From contig OX597817.1 of the NCBI GenBank assembly GCA_951406725.2, positions 67,704,001 through 67,768,000 on the forward strand: 64,000 bases of DNA, read 5' to 3'. The notes beneath the pieces were generated by a model that saw nothing but the letters and a program-made list of their open reading frames with translations, had not been told where the DNA came from and made no database searches. Each line of letters opens with the position of its first letter. Within the stretch, counting starts at the first letter, position 1. This DNA comes from Octopus vulgaris. Its lineage: Eukaryota. Position numbers and translations under genes: made by a program. Shown here in pieces: positions 40,165-53,260 of this stretch.

Positions 40165-40822
40165 GTAAGTATAGCAAAAAGAAAAAAGCTTTCTATTACT
40201 CTTTGATTCTCACACCTGTGTTTTTGATTTTTTATCAATCCTTCATGGCAGAAGGACACACATACACATACACACATACATACAGGTATGCAAAAAAAAA
40301 AAAAACCACTTATATATCTTTTACCTTTTGCTTGTTTTAGTCATTAGACTTTGCCTTTAAGGATTTGGTCAAACAAATTGACCCCAGTACTTATTTTTTA
40401 AGCCCAGTTCTTGTTCTGTTGGTCTCTTTTGCTGAACCAGTAAGTTGCAAGGACATAAACAAACCAACACACCAGTTGTCAAGCAGTAGTAGGGGACAAA
40501 CAACACACACATACACACATGCATGCACAATGGGCTTATTTCAGTTTACATCTACTAGATTCTCTCAAGGCTTTGGTTGGCCCTTAGCTATGTTAGAAGA
40601 CACTTGCCCAATGTGGCCTGCAGTGAAACTGTACCCAGCACCACATGGTTGGGAAGCGAACTTTTTAATTGCACTGCCAAGCCTGCCCCTGTAGATAGAT
40701 ATGCTTTTTCTATATGTCATCCCTGCTTTTATATATATTTCCTTAAAAGTTAATCTAACAAGAGTGGGCATCTACACAAATATAATATCTTACTGTGATG
40801 ATAATAATAATAATAATAATAA

Positions 40823-41290
40823 TCGAGAAAGCAACCATACACTGGGATATGCCAATACACACAGATAGAAAAATTAAGGCCAACAGTTGTCAGAGATCAT
40901 GAAGGAAAAAAATACTTTCTAATTGATGTATCAATACCAACAGATGACAACATGTCTCTAAAAGAAATGGGGTAACTTTCAAAATACAAAGACCTAGAAA
41001 TAGAGGTAACTCGAATGTGGAATCTAAAAACAGAAACAATTCCTATCATAGTAGGTGCTTTAGGTATGATAAAAAAATATTCAGACAAATACATAACAAA
41101 AACACCAGGACTTACAAACACATATAACATACAGAAAATTGCACTACTAGGCACTGCACACATCCTACGCAAAACACTTTCAATACAGTAACTATCAGAG
41201 CATCACAACAAATCACAGCACATACCCAAGGCACACAGAGCTGCGCTCGATAGTGAACTGAAAGCAAGCTATAAAAATAAAGCTACTGAA
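40823..41290 (+). mobile_element. 5'-truncated Dong/R4 retrotransposon 3' end in a (TAA)n target
   Basis: Translates to WDMPIHTDRKIKAN...LIDVSIP...KYKDLEIEVTRMW...IPIIVGALG...IQKIALLGTAHILRKTL*; (TAA)n on both sides. Confidence 0.85.
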
Positions 41291-44200
41291 TAATAATAAT
41301 AATAATTAATCAGCATGCTATGGTGAGAAGAATTAATATGACTTTCATCTGTTATTTAAATGTAGTATTAAACTAAAAGCTTTGTAAAATAATCCAGCTG
41401 AAAATCTTTAAGAATCTATTCAGATATTTATTTCCTTTAATGAATGAAACCTTTAGAACAAGCTCATTTACCGAGGTCTGTGAACTTTGGGTAGAGAAAA
41501 TTACATTATTTTCACTACTGTATAGCTAAAATTATTTTATTCAGTATTTTAATGTAGGTCACAAACTATTTTATGGTCTCTAGTCTACCTACACAAACAA
41601 AAGGAAAAAGACTTATTAAATTGACTATTTTATAATTTTTATAAATGTGTCGTAAAACTGTGCAGACTGTGCAACGAAAATTTTGACACCAAATAATAAA
41701 CTTAATAGTTTTTGTGTTTTTGAATGGTTAATATGTGTCTTCCATACTATAATAGCTTTCATTTCACCACATGGTCTCAAATCAAGTCACTTGTTAGAAC
41801 AAGTACAAAACTCTGAACTTTTCAAACACGTATTTCTTGATAAGAGCTCACCAGCTTTCAGCAGTCTCAAAAAGGGTTTATGGTATGAAACAAAACAAAA
41901 CAAAAAATAAAGACAGTAAATACACCATAAGAAATACAGCGATTATTAATTAAAACAAGAAATTTTTTTTTTACTAAATTAACCAAAAGTACTTTCTTTG
42001 TGAAAGAAACAGGTATAGCTGATGAAAATCACTATACTGCCTTATTGGTATTATATCAACACTGAGGCCAACCCAAACCAGCTTGGATTAACAGACATAA
42101 GATGAAACTGATGATGATGAGAAGGATTGGCTAAAAATGCTGTGACCAGGGAGTTTCTGAATGGTTTACCACTTAATACTTAATGTAGTAAATGGTTTAA
42201 ACCCACACCCCTACCTTGCATTTTGTTTTCCAGGCCACATCCAGACCTAGTCTCCTTTACTAGTGATATATATAGAATATACCTTGTCCATTTATAGTTG
42301 AAAGGGGCTATCCAACTACATCATCATCATCTTACATAACATCAGTAGCTTAATTGTGAACTACTGCTAAACTATTTCCTTTGTTGATATTTGATTTTCC
42401 TTCTCAACTAATAGAATAAGATATTTGGAATATACTAAATGAATATTCTACAAGTAAATTATAACTGACATACTAATCTTGTGGCTTTCATTTGAGAGGG
42501 TAAGGTAAAAAGATAAAGTTACCTTCTCGAGTCATACTGACTCATAAGGGCTGGTTTCCTAGTTTCATGGCACACATATATTCCCCACCTGGATGGGACG
42601 CCAGTCCATTGCAGGATTACTTATTTTTGCCAGCTGAGTGGACTGGAGCAACGTGAAAATGAAGTGTTTTACTCAAGAAGACAATGTGTCGCCCAGTCAA
42701 GGAATCAAAACCACAATCTTGCACTCAGGAGTTCAACACCTAAACCACTGAGCCATGCACCTCCACATTTGAGAGAATACATTTGATTACTTCTATATCA
42801 TGATCTTTAACCTAAACTGATCAGAGATATTGGATTGTAAATGATTACTCTAAAAATATTTTGAAGAAGAATAGAAAAATTACTATAAACACTACCAGTG
42901 CCAAAAATATTTCCCAAAAGTTAGCAATCTGTACTGGTAATTTGATTATAAGTAATTTAACAATGGCATATTTCGAATTTGTCGGAATATGTCAACTGAT
43001 ACAGTATCTCTGATACGCTTCATTAATTCAAATATAGTAAAAAGAAAATGTATTTGCAAAAATTACAAGACAAAATATTTTTTCTTCAAACCTTAAAAGT
43101 GAACAAGAAGGAGAGAGAGAGAAAAGATTTGTTGAAGAATAGCTATGAAGTTTAACACTAGATTTTTTTTTTTTTTTTTCACATTTCTCAAGATCTTACA
43201 ATAGGAACCAGAAACTGTGATTAGGTTGTATTAAACTTGTATCTTTCTGATTCTTATGAATAATCTTCAACAGCAGTCACCATTTTTTTGTTCATTTTAC
43301 TTTTTATTTAGTTTTTTTTTTTTTAATTACAGAATTGAATTAAGATAGTGAAGCAGATATGAGTATTTTAAGGTTTTCATCTAATCTAAAACACTGGTAA
43401 ATATGTGCATTTGTGTGTGTCTGTCTGTCTGTCTGTGTGCTTGTGTGTGTGTGTGTGTTTCTGTTTAAACACATTTTTCTCTCTCACACTCAACATTATT
43501 TAAACTATCAACTTGAGTTGCTTTTCCTTTAGAAAGGTTCAACATGTAGAATTGTGGTACTTTGTTTCATTTCTTTCTCTTTGAAACCAATTAATAAATA
43601 AATGTAAAATTGCATTCGTTTTTGCATGTCCCAAAGTGCTCGTCAAAAGTTTGGTCTTCATTCTACTTTCTTGGCTTTCCAACCTCAGTAGCATTCCCTG
43701 GTGATTTTTACCAATTCTATACAACTGGGAATCAAGGCATGTAGAATGAAGTTCCCTGCTGTAGACACAACAAAATACCTGTAGGGAATTTCATCTCTTT
43801 ATCTATGAGTTGATTGTCAAAGATACCATCTCTATGTCTTGTTTGCCTTTATTATAATCAGAGACACAAAGGTAGTTCTTCACTATATAATGTTATGTTT
43901 GTGTGTGTGTGTAACATATACAGTACATGTTAAATCATTTGGGCATCAGATAAGATACTGTGAGTTCAAATCCTATTGGGTTTGAGTTTGCTTTTATCAT
44001 TTCTAGTGCTAGGGTTGATTAAATTCCTATACCTCTTCCTCCCAACATTTGTACCTTTGTTAGAACACATTTTTTTAATAGCTAAAAAAAAAATAAAATA
44101 AAGAGCATTTGAATGTAAGGCTACACAATGGCCAAAGGCATGTAAGTCTCTGTCCTTCACTGCATTATTATTGTTATTATTATTATTATGGCCAGTTTTC

Positions 44201-44583
44201 AACCTGGGCCACAGTAACAAAGTCTACCTGCCATACTTCTTGATCCATCATAACTGCCTCAAGGTCCTAGGTTCAGTTCCACTGTGTGGCACCTTGTGCA
44301 AGTGTCTTCTACCAGATCATATTATCTAATACATCTTTTAAGACAGGAGGGTGTTATTTGAGGGAGATCTAGCTACTGTTTTCAGCAGGTCTAGTGACTG
44401 CATAGAGTTCATGTTGCTACTGCTATGGTGCAGTGATACATTCTTAACTCAATTCCCTGATATTACCATATCTTTAATTCCTTTCCAACAGGCATGAATA
44501 TCACAAAATCTTTTTCTTTTTTTTTTTCTCAGGTATAAGTTTATCTAAGAATGCATAATCTACTGTATCCCTCCCATTTTTAA

Positions 44584-44795
44584 CCCTTTAGCATTCAGAT
44601 CATTCTGTTAAATGTTAATGCTTATTTATTCCCATTGTTTTAAGTTAAGCATGCATCATCTGGTAGCTTTGAGATTTTCATGATGTGATAGCTTATTTTT
44701 AGAAGGACATTGTGTGATAGGTTGCATCTGGGTGGTTTGAATATAAAACAGATAAAATATTTAGACCAGATATGGCCAGTTTGAATGCTAAAATA
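44584..44795. mobile_element. Second TTAA-target MITE family (also ~2940-3160, 28410-29015, 32500-32944, 39255-39467)
   Basis: ttaa|CCCTTTAGCATT...AATGCTAAA..|ttaa termini; shared internal sequence recurs in both orientations. Confidence 0.65.
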
Positions 44796-45866
44796 TTAAA
44801 GACACTTGAGTGTGATTTTAATGTGATTTAGCTGGTATTTCTAGCTGGCCCTGAGAACACATAGAACTTTCTTCATCGACTCATTATTCTATGCTTTGCT
44901 TTGTGCTATGTTGCGTATGTTTGTGTGTATGTGTATGTATTTGTGTGTTTAACTGCTGACGCTGGCTTTTGTTGTTCATGTTTTATCTCTGGCAACCCAT
45001 GTAACAGAGAGAGGGTCCGATACTGCTGCCAACTAGTTAACAAGGCAATATACTGAACAGGAGTTCTTGAAATTTGATACGCAAAACTTAGCTGCATGGC
45101 AAAGCCAACATGACTATGGCTAGAATTGTATAATCAGGAAAAGGAATAAACTACATTTTCCTTACTCTGCCAGCTGAATTCTTTTGCTAACCCTTATTGG
45201 TTCCTCCTCCTCCCACTTCATTTTTTCTTCTTTTTTTTTATTAAAGACCCATGGGAGTAATTTTGGTACAAGCATAAGTTCTAGTGTGTGTATATATATA
45301 TATATCCAGTCCTTGTAACTTTATCAGCATGGTTCTGCTGTTTTCCTTATCATTGCACATAAATTAATGGATTTTAGTTTTGTGTAATGAAGACTACCCC
45401 GCCACCATTCTCCCCCACATTAGGATTTTTTTTATTATCTATATTAAGGTATTTTATGGCCCAAGTCAGTCTAAATAACTATTTATTGACAGAGATTGGC
45501 AGATTTTTCTTAGTTTCTTTTTTATTTTTCTTTAACAGAGAAGTAATTATCTTTTGTTGTGTATTAATTTCACTTAATTAATTTTTGCTGGCTTATATAG
45601 AAGCTATATATAAATGTGTGTGTGTGTGTTAATACTCTTTTACTTGTTTCATTCATTGGATTGTTTCCATGCTGGAGCACTGCTTTGAAGGTTTTACTTA
45701 CTCAAATTGAACCCAAATTTTTAAGTCTAGCACTTATTATTGACTTACCTCCTTTTTACTAACATACTGGTTATCAAGCTGAGAGAAACACAATTACAGA
45801 CACAGGCATATACATATGCACACACACATATAAGCTTTGGATCTGCGTAACATAGTGCAACAAAGT

Positions 45867-45952
45867 GTTCCCCTGATGATCTGTTGTCATTTTGCATGCA
45901 ATTGCAATGCAGAGGTTACAATAACCACAATAGTGAAACATGCATAGGGACC
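45867..45952 (+). ncRNA. Degenerate type I hammerhead ribozyme-like motif
   Basis: TCCC-CTGATGA-(CTGTTGT...ACAATAG stem II)-GAAAC-ATGC-ATA-GGGA; core boxes intact, stem I of 4 bp, mismatches at the stem II and III closing pairs. Confidence 0.5.
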
Positions 45953-46799
45953 AAATGACACAAACTTCTGCTTAATTTGATACGCAAAACTTCAACCACC
46001 CGATGGTGCAGCTTTTAATCTACTGAACCCAAATGTGAAGTTCTGCAAACAGATCTCTGACTTGTTTTGGAGAATTTGTTGCAATTGCTTCCTCCAGAAT
46101 CATATCCCAATGATGGTCATATTCGTCACAAAAAAATTAAGTAAAAAAAATTGCAGAAAATAATCGCTGGATTTTGCAATTAATTTCAATTATTCTCAAA
46201 ATTTATTTCCAAGTTATGAAAACTTGGGTATCCAGAATTTCAGGATTATAGGTCCAGATTCGGTCTGGAATGTTTTTAATTTACTCACAGAGTTGGCCTG
46301 ATTCCAAAATGGTATGATATGCTGGGCTACGGCCTCCAGCAGTAATCATTAGCAGTGCTGAAAGTAGGAAGGGAGGGAATTTGAAGATATCAAAAATATA
46401 TTCTTAATTGGATGAGCATACTTGGGAAACAAAAGAAAAGTCTGCTATTTGTTTAGAGACTAGGGACAATTAGGGACACTGTGTTTCAGTATGAATTTGA
46501 CCTCATCATATTAGTTTAATTGTAACTTGCCTCCAGATCAATTTTTAAACTTTTATGTATTCAAAAATTATTTAGTACATTTCTATCCTAGAGGAATTTG
46601 CATAATTAAAACTAAAGAGCTTTGTGAAAAATGACTTGAAAGGGTAATTAATGTAAGAGCATCTATATTTGACTGTGAGGTTAAAAGTGTTAGCCCACTA
46701 AACCAGTAGCCAGAAGTTCGGATATTGCAATTGTCTTGTTTTGTACACCTAAGCCAGATACCTAATAGCTGTTTACTGCTTAATGTAGTTTGCTTGGCT

Positions 46800-46830
<31 letters not shown>

Positions 46831-47006
46831 TTGATGTTGATGTTGAGGATAAATAAATAAATAAAAACAGCCCACTTCACAGTTCAGTGGTTAGCAGTAG
46901 GAAGAGCAGCATTCAGCTGTAGAGGGGAAAAGAAACACAAATGTTCAAACCAGTAAACTATTTCACCCATACAATCATTGGGAAAGGATGTACGATGGTT
47001 GTTATT

Positions 47007-47037
<31 letters not shown>

Positions 47038-48897
47038 TATGGAAAACATCTGGTAATCATCTTTAATGGGCCACTGGGTGGCTAATTACTGAAGGCTTTT
47101 GTCTTTATGTAGTTGAGTGTGCCAAAGGAAGTCATCATGGTAGGCTTCATTACTTATTGTCTGCCATCAGAAAAGATTGCAGGCAACTATGAAGAAGGAG
47201 AGTATGTAAAGAGAGAAATCAAGAATCAACCTGGCCTTACAAATTCAAACTACCTAACATACACACAAGCACACACACACACAACCTTTCCTTTTCTCCC
47301 TCTCATTTCCTCTCCTCTATCTATCCTTTCCTCCCTTCTCTCATTGCCCCAGGAAATATCCTAAGGCTACTGTTGAAATTGTTTTAGCAACAGCTCTCCT
47401 ATATATGTTACACCTACCAGTAAGATACCTAAATAGACTTGAAAGATAAAATTACTGAAACTTATATCAGGATATAATTAATATTCGGCAACTTAATATT
47501 TTACACTCTCTTCCTTACCTCTCTGTCTTCATTTCTATCTTGCTTTCTTTATTTATCTTAAGGTGTTTTCATTTGAAAGCCTCTCTTCAAATCTGAAAAC
47601 TGCCAACCCGGGGTACAGTCTTCTGTAGGTAGCTGCTTGCACTAGAGAAACATTACCTTATGACAGATATATGTGTCTATTTGCATATGTATTGTATCGA
47701 ATAACTGACAAGTCAAGGAAGGGGTCTCTACATAGTGGGGCAGTCTCAGGGGGTTCGTATCAAAAGGGTTAATACTATATCTAACATAAAAGTGGTAAAA
47801 GCCAGAATTAGTAGAGCAGTCGCCAGGTGATATTTAGTTACATCCGTTAATGGTTTAGGTTTAAATCCCACTGGAGTCAAATTTAGCTTTCATTCTTCCA
47901 AGGTTGACAGAATTGATTGTACCCTCTCCTAAATGTATTTTAGCCATGCAGGAGTGGCTGTGTGGTAAGAAGCTTGCTTCCCAACCACATGGTTCCAGGT
48001 TCAACCCCACTGCATGGCACCTTGGGCAAGTGTCTTGTGAGTGGATTTGGTAGGCGAAAACTGAAAGAAGTCCGTCGTATATATATATATATATATGTGT
48101 GTGTCTTTGTTATTTGTATCTGTTTGTCCCCACCACCACCACCTTCGTATGACAACTGATGTTGGTGTGTTTACGTCCCGTCACTTAGCGGTCCAGCAAA
48201 AGAGACCAATAGTTTAAGTCCTGGGGTCGATTTGTCTAACTAAATGTGGTGCTCCAGCATGGCCACAGTCAAATGACGGAAGCAAGTTAAAGAATAAAAG
48301 AATAAGAAAAAAAGAATGCTGTTTAATGTTATGAATATGATTAAGGTGGTGAGCTGGTAAAATTATTAGCATGCCAGGTATAATGCTTAGTGGCATTTCA
48401 CCTGTCTTTACATTCTGAGTTCAAATTCTGCCAATGTTGAAGTTTGCCTTTCATCCTTTGAGTACTGTGGCCAATGCAATCACCTTACACGCTTCTCAGA
48501 AATTGCAGACCCTGTGCCAAAATTTGAAACCAATATTATTACAAGTATAATCAGTGGTGTCCGAAATGTTTGACTTAAAAATATTTTTGTGCCTTAATAT
48601 GTTTTTCCAGTAAAATAATTTATTATATATTTAGCTCCATTCTTTTAGAATATATGCATTAATGAAAAGAGCGATTTTAAAGTTTGAAAATATCTCATTT
48701 GCTTTAGGACTAAAATTGAAATGTTGCTTGTTATCCAGTGAATCGTTGTGAATATTTGAGGAATAATATATATATATATGTATATATGTATGTTTGTATA
48801 TGTATTCCACAAAGATAGCAAGGAAACATGGGAGCTATTGGAAATTGGTTACTTAGACTTTGGTTTTAAATATTCTCTCTCATTACTTCCTTTCTAG

Positions 48898-49023
48898 TCA
48901 ATGGATCCTGGAGCTTGTATCCATGGTAATTCAGCTAGTAGTGGTCAACCATGTGGTAACCAGGTTTTCTGCAGAAATGCTTTCTTGACAGACCCAACAA
49001 AAGGCCCTCGTTTACCTTTAGAG
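48898..49023 (+). CDS. TALE homeobox gene, probable exon C (SMDPGACIHGNSASSGQPCGNQVFCRNAFLTDPTKGPRLPLE)
   Basis: cttcctttctag| acceptor and GAG|gtatgt donor; 126 nt open frame, phase 0-0; non-repetitive island among SINEs. No recognisable domain. Confidence 0.7.
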
Positions 49024-50744
49024 GTATGTAATAATAATAATAATAATAATAATCCTTTCTACCATAGGCACAAGGCCTGAAATTTGGGGGAGGGGACTAG
49101 TTGATTGCATCGACCCCAGTGTTTCACTGGTACTTAATTTGTCGAGTCCAAAAGGATGAAAGGCAGAGCCGGCCTTTGCAGAATTTGAACTCAGAATGCA
49201 GTGACAGGTCGAATATTGCTAATCACTTTGCCCAGTGTGCTAATGATTCTCCCAGTTTGCCACCTTAAAATAATAATAGTAATAATAATCATTATAATAA
49301 TGATAATCATAGTTTCAAATTTTGGCACAAGGCCAGCAATTTCAGAGAAGGGAGTAAGTCAGTTACATTGACCCCCAGTGCTCACCTAAAAGGATGAAAG
49401 TCAAAGCTGACCTCGGCAGAATTTGAACTCAGAAAGACTATAATGCTTTTTTTTATAAACCAAGTAAAAGATTATTCTGTAGCTGGTAATTATGGGTGGG
49501 TAGGGGACATAAACATTAATTTAAATTCTAAAGAACCTACTATTTTATACTCTTTTACTCATTTCAGCCATGTGACCATGGTCATGCTAGAGTACCACCA
49601 TGGAGTAGCTTAAAATACTTTGGGTAAAATTTTACAGTAAAACAAAAGTGAGGGAGTTGCAACCATTAATTATTGTTATGGTGCAAGCAAGGTTTTATGG
49701 TTAAAAGTTCACTTTGTAACCACATGGTTTCAGGTTCAATCCCACCACTTAACATTTTAGACAAGTGTCTTCTATAGCTTCAGGTTGACTTTTATGGTTA
49801 AAATTTGGGATCATTTCTGTTTTGCTGAATCAACTGGCTTACAGATGCCTCAAACAGAGTCCTGTTTGTTGGAAGTGTTCATGCTAAGTGACTGGTTTTG
49901 GGTTGAACTCCTTCTGACCAATCTCAGTGGCACTAAAAATGGTGATGGCCATTTCCTGGTTTCCTTAGTCTTAGTTATTAAATAAAAACCATTAATGGAT
50001 GCTTTACATCTGGAAAAACATGTTTTATGTTTAAGTTTGTTATTTTGTTAATTATGGTTTCATGGTACTGGACTTTGGGGTTTTGTATTTCTGTTCAGTT
50101 TCTTTGATTTTGAGAAGTAAATGAGAAAAAAAAAATGGCTTTTTATATTTTTTTTATTTTTTATTTTTTCTACATTTTATTTTTATTTCTACACAATTTG
50201 GCTTCATATCTTACTTGTCTGTCATTTACTATTTTTAGTTTTGCAAAAGTTAGCTTCTATCTATCTATCTACAACAATATTGTTTGGCTGAATGATAGCA
50301 TAGCCAAGAAGAATTGTCTGTTGTTATAATTACTGGGTCAGTGTAGTGAATTTCTCATTTCTTAATTTGACCATCCACTCCCTCTATACAAGAGTTTTTG
50401 CAATACAAACAATTTTTTTTTATCCATTATGGGTTGGGTTAGTTTATTCATGATTAATATTCTAATCAGACCTTAAGCAGTGAGTGATTCCAAGGAAAAC
50501 AAATTTTGTATGCCTGCACCTCCTTCTCTGAAACTTAAGTATTCTCAAGATTTGCCATGGCTGGAATTGTTTATTTTTAAGTTGCCTTGGCCACAAATCA
50601 ATGGTAAACTTTAATTAGTAATTAATGTTTTACTTCTTTCTTTTGATTTGAATTTAACTCTGACTAAAAAGTAGTTCACCTAAAGCATGCTATCCGGCTG
50701 TTTGTTTTCATATAAATGTTGTTTTTTTTCTCTGTCTTTTGTAG

Positions 50745-50855
50745 GTTTTAAAAGAGCAACCAGACAGCATGAGTGACACTGGTAGTGTTGTAAGCAGTAG
50801 CAGTAACCATAGTGCCAAATCAGAATCAAAGAAACATCCTAGTTTGCCTAAAGAG
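50745..50855 (+). CDS. TALE homeobox gene, exon D ([37 protein letters not shown]; homeodomain N-arm)
   Basis: tctgtcttttgtag| acceptor, GAG|gtatgt donor; 111 nt, phase 0-0. KKHPSLPKE joins in frame to helix 1 of the homeodomain in the next exon. Confidence 0.9.
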
Positions 50856-50989
50856 GTATGTCACATAAATAGTTCTATTGGATTCTTTATCAATATGGAA
50901 CATACATAAATAAATATCTTAGATAAAGGACAGAGAGGTGTTATATAAACAACTAGCAGTTGACTCATTCGTGAATCTAATATTGTTGT

Positions 50990-51027
<38 letters not shown>

Positions 51028-53260
51028 ATCTCCATCATCTACATCCATCAGTTGCCAATGCTAAGTGGAAACTGCACCTGTTGAGCTCATGCCATCTCTC
51101 ATGAATACCTAGTGTAATTGAGGTATACACCTGTTTATTTAACAGCTAATGGGAATAATGATAACTCAATCAAAGAAATTTGGTAGTCTTGGAATGCTAT
51201 TTGTGTGTATAAATATATATAACTGTATGTGTGTATATAGTTGAATAAATAGCAATATATTTTTTGTATGGTAGAATTGGATGATGCTAAACACTTATAC
51301 ATCGCCTCCACATTCATGAGAAAGCATCCAAATTTCTTTAGACCTTGTTATAGAAAAATTTCAGGTGAAGTGTTCGGAAAGGGTAAAAAAGAAATTAAAA
51401 TTTGTACAAATTACCAAAATTAAAATAATTTTACATGCAAGTATCATAACATATTTTCACCTACTTGTGAGATTGACAATTTTTTCTTTGAAAATATGTG
51501 GTAATGGCATTGGATTGGATACTTCCGAGTATTTGTTCCAGTTCTTATTGTACAAATCCTACCAGGTGTCAATAGAATAAAGTACCTATCAAGTACTGTA
51601 CTCAGGATAATCAACTGTTGCAGCTACCTCAAATTTCTGGCCTATACTAATCATCATTATGCATGGCTGTGCAGTTAAGAAGTTTGTTTAAACAACCAGA
51701 AGGTTCCAGGTTCAGTCCCAGTATAGAAGCCATTTGCCCTGGCATGTGTGTGGGAAATCACTCTGTCAGCATATTGCCCCCAAATTTCTGCTTATTCTAA
51801 GACAAGCAGAATAAAAATCCTTTAAAAGTAAAAAAAAAAAGTTTTAGTGACAAGTAAAAATCCAATTGCAAAATAATGGCTCAGTAATAAGTCTTCAACT
51901 AATGGAAGAACAGACATCAAATGAGCTTTTTTTTTTTTTATGCTGTGGATTGGAAGAAGTGTTAGAATATTGGACAAAACACCTTACAATATTTGTTCCA
52001 TTTTAGTTCAAATCCAGATCAGGATTTACCTTTATCCTTCCAAGGGTCAATGAAAAAAAAGTTCTCCTCCCCACCAAAATTCTTGTCCCTTGTGCCTAAA
52101 TTATTATTACTAAAGATTTTTTAAAAATACAGAAAAATACTGTATTTGTAGCATAAAAAGGGTGGCAGATTTAGCTAAATTGGAATTGTGGTGAAGAAAA
52201 TATCACAACGTTTGCTATCATTTTCACATTTGTTTTTCCTAAGCTTGCTTTGATTGGACGAGTTTCAAAAGGTCTCTTCCACTTCACAAGGATTAGATGA
52301 TTTCTCTATGGAAAAGCTGAATCACTCCTCACTACATTGTATAAGATTTTATTTGGATATGCTGGCCTTTTTGTTATCTATTACAATGTGGCTTATGAAG
52401 TTGACTTCTCTGTTATTTAGTTTTTTTAGACATGATTCCTACAGCTTGATAGTCGATCCTATCACCACCTATTTCACTTGTGGTTTCCATTCATTACATT
52501 ACTTTACATTCTGGGTTCATTTCTTTCTGATGTCATCTTTTCCTTTCATCCTTCCAATGTTGATAACATAGTTACCAGTTAAGTGCAGTGATCAAATGTG
52601 TTCTCTTCTAAATTTCTGGCTTCGTGCCTAGGTTACAATATCATTTTTCATCATCATTTAGCGTCCGTCCATGTTCCATGGTGGTATGAGTTGGCTGGTT
52701 TGACAAGGATCTGATGGATTCAAGAACTGCATCATGCTCTCGTGCCTGCTTTGGCATGGTTTCTACAGTTGGATGCCCTTCTTAATGCCAACCGTTTCAA
52801 AGCATGTACTTGGTACCTTTTTTGTGCCACCAGCAGTTCTTAGTTATCATAATGAGGGATGATTGACAGAATTGTTAAAGCACCTATAAATAAATACCTC
52901 GTGGTGTTTGTTTGAGTTCTAATCCCTATAAAGTCAACTGTCTCTTTCATCCTTCCACAGTTTTTAATATAAAGTACCATGAAGTACTGGAGTTGAACCG
53001 CTCTCCCCAGATTTCTGGCCTTGTGCCCATGTTAGAAATATTTATTTCAGTTATGTTTATTGCATACATTCACAGCAGAACTGAGTGTAATGCAGTATTG
53101 TGTATCTTTGATATGTGCACTGTTAGTGCCTCATAATGCAGTTTTCTGTATGTGTAAATTCTAGGGTTTATTTTATTTTTTATATATATATAATTATTTC
53201 ATTTTCTTAATATTTTCCATGATTGATAACTGATTTTATTGCTATTCTCCTTTATTGTAG

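Noticed and set aside
44511-44540. Possible recursive splice site (Yn-CAG|GTATAA)
   Set aside because: Regenerated donor is weak, and such motifs are frequent by chance in T-rich DNA.
45037-45123. Possible homeodomain-less terminal exon LTRQYTEQEFLKFDTQNLAAWQSQHDYG*
   Set aside because: No pyrimidine tract at the putative acceptor and no supporting homology.
47563-47628. Possible extra exon VFSFESLSSNLKTANPGYSLL*
   Set aside because: AAG acceptor, in-frame stop and no phase-compatible donor.
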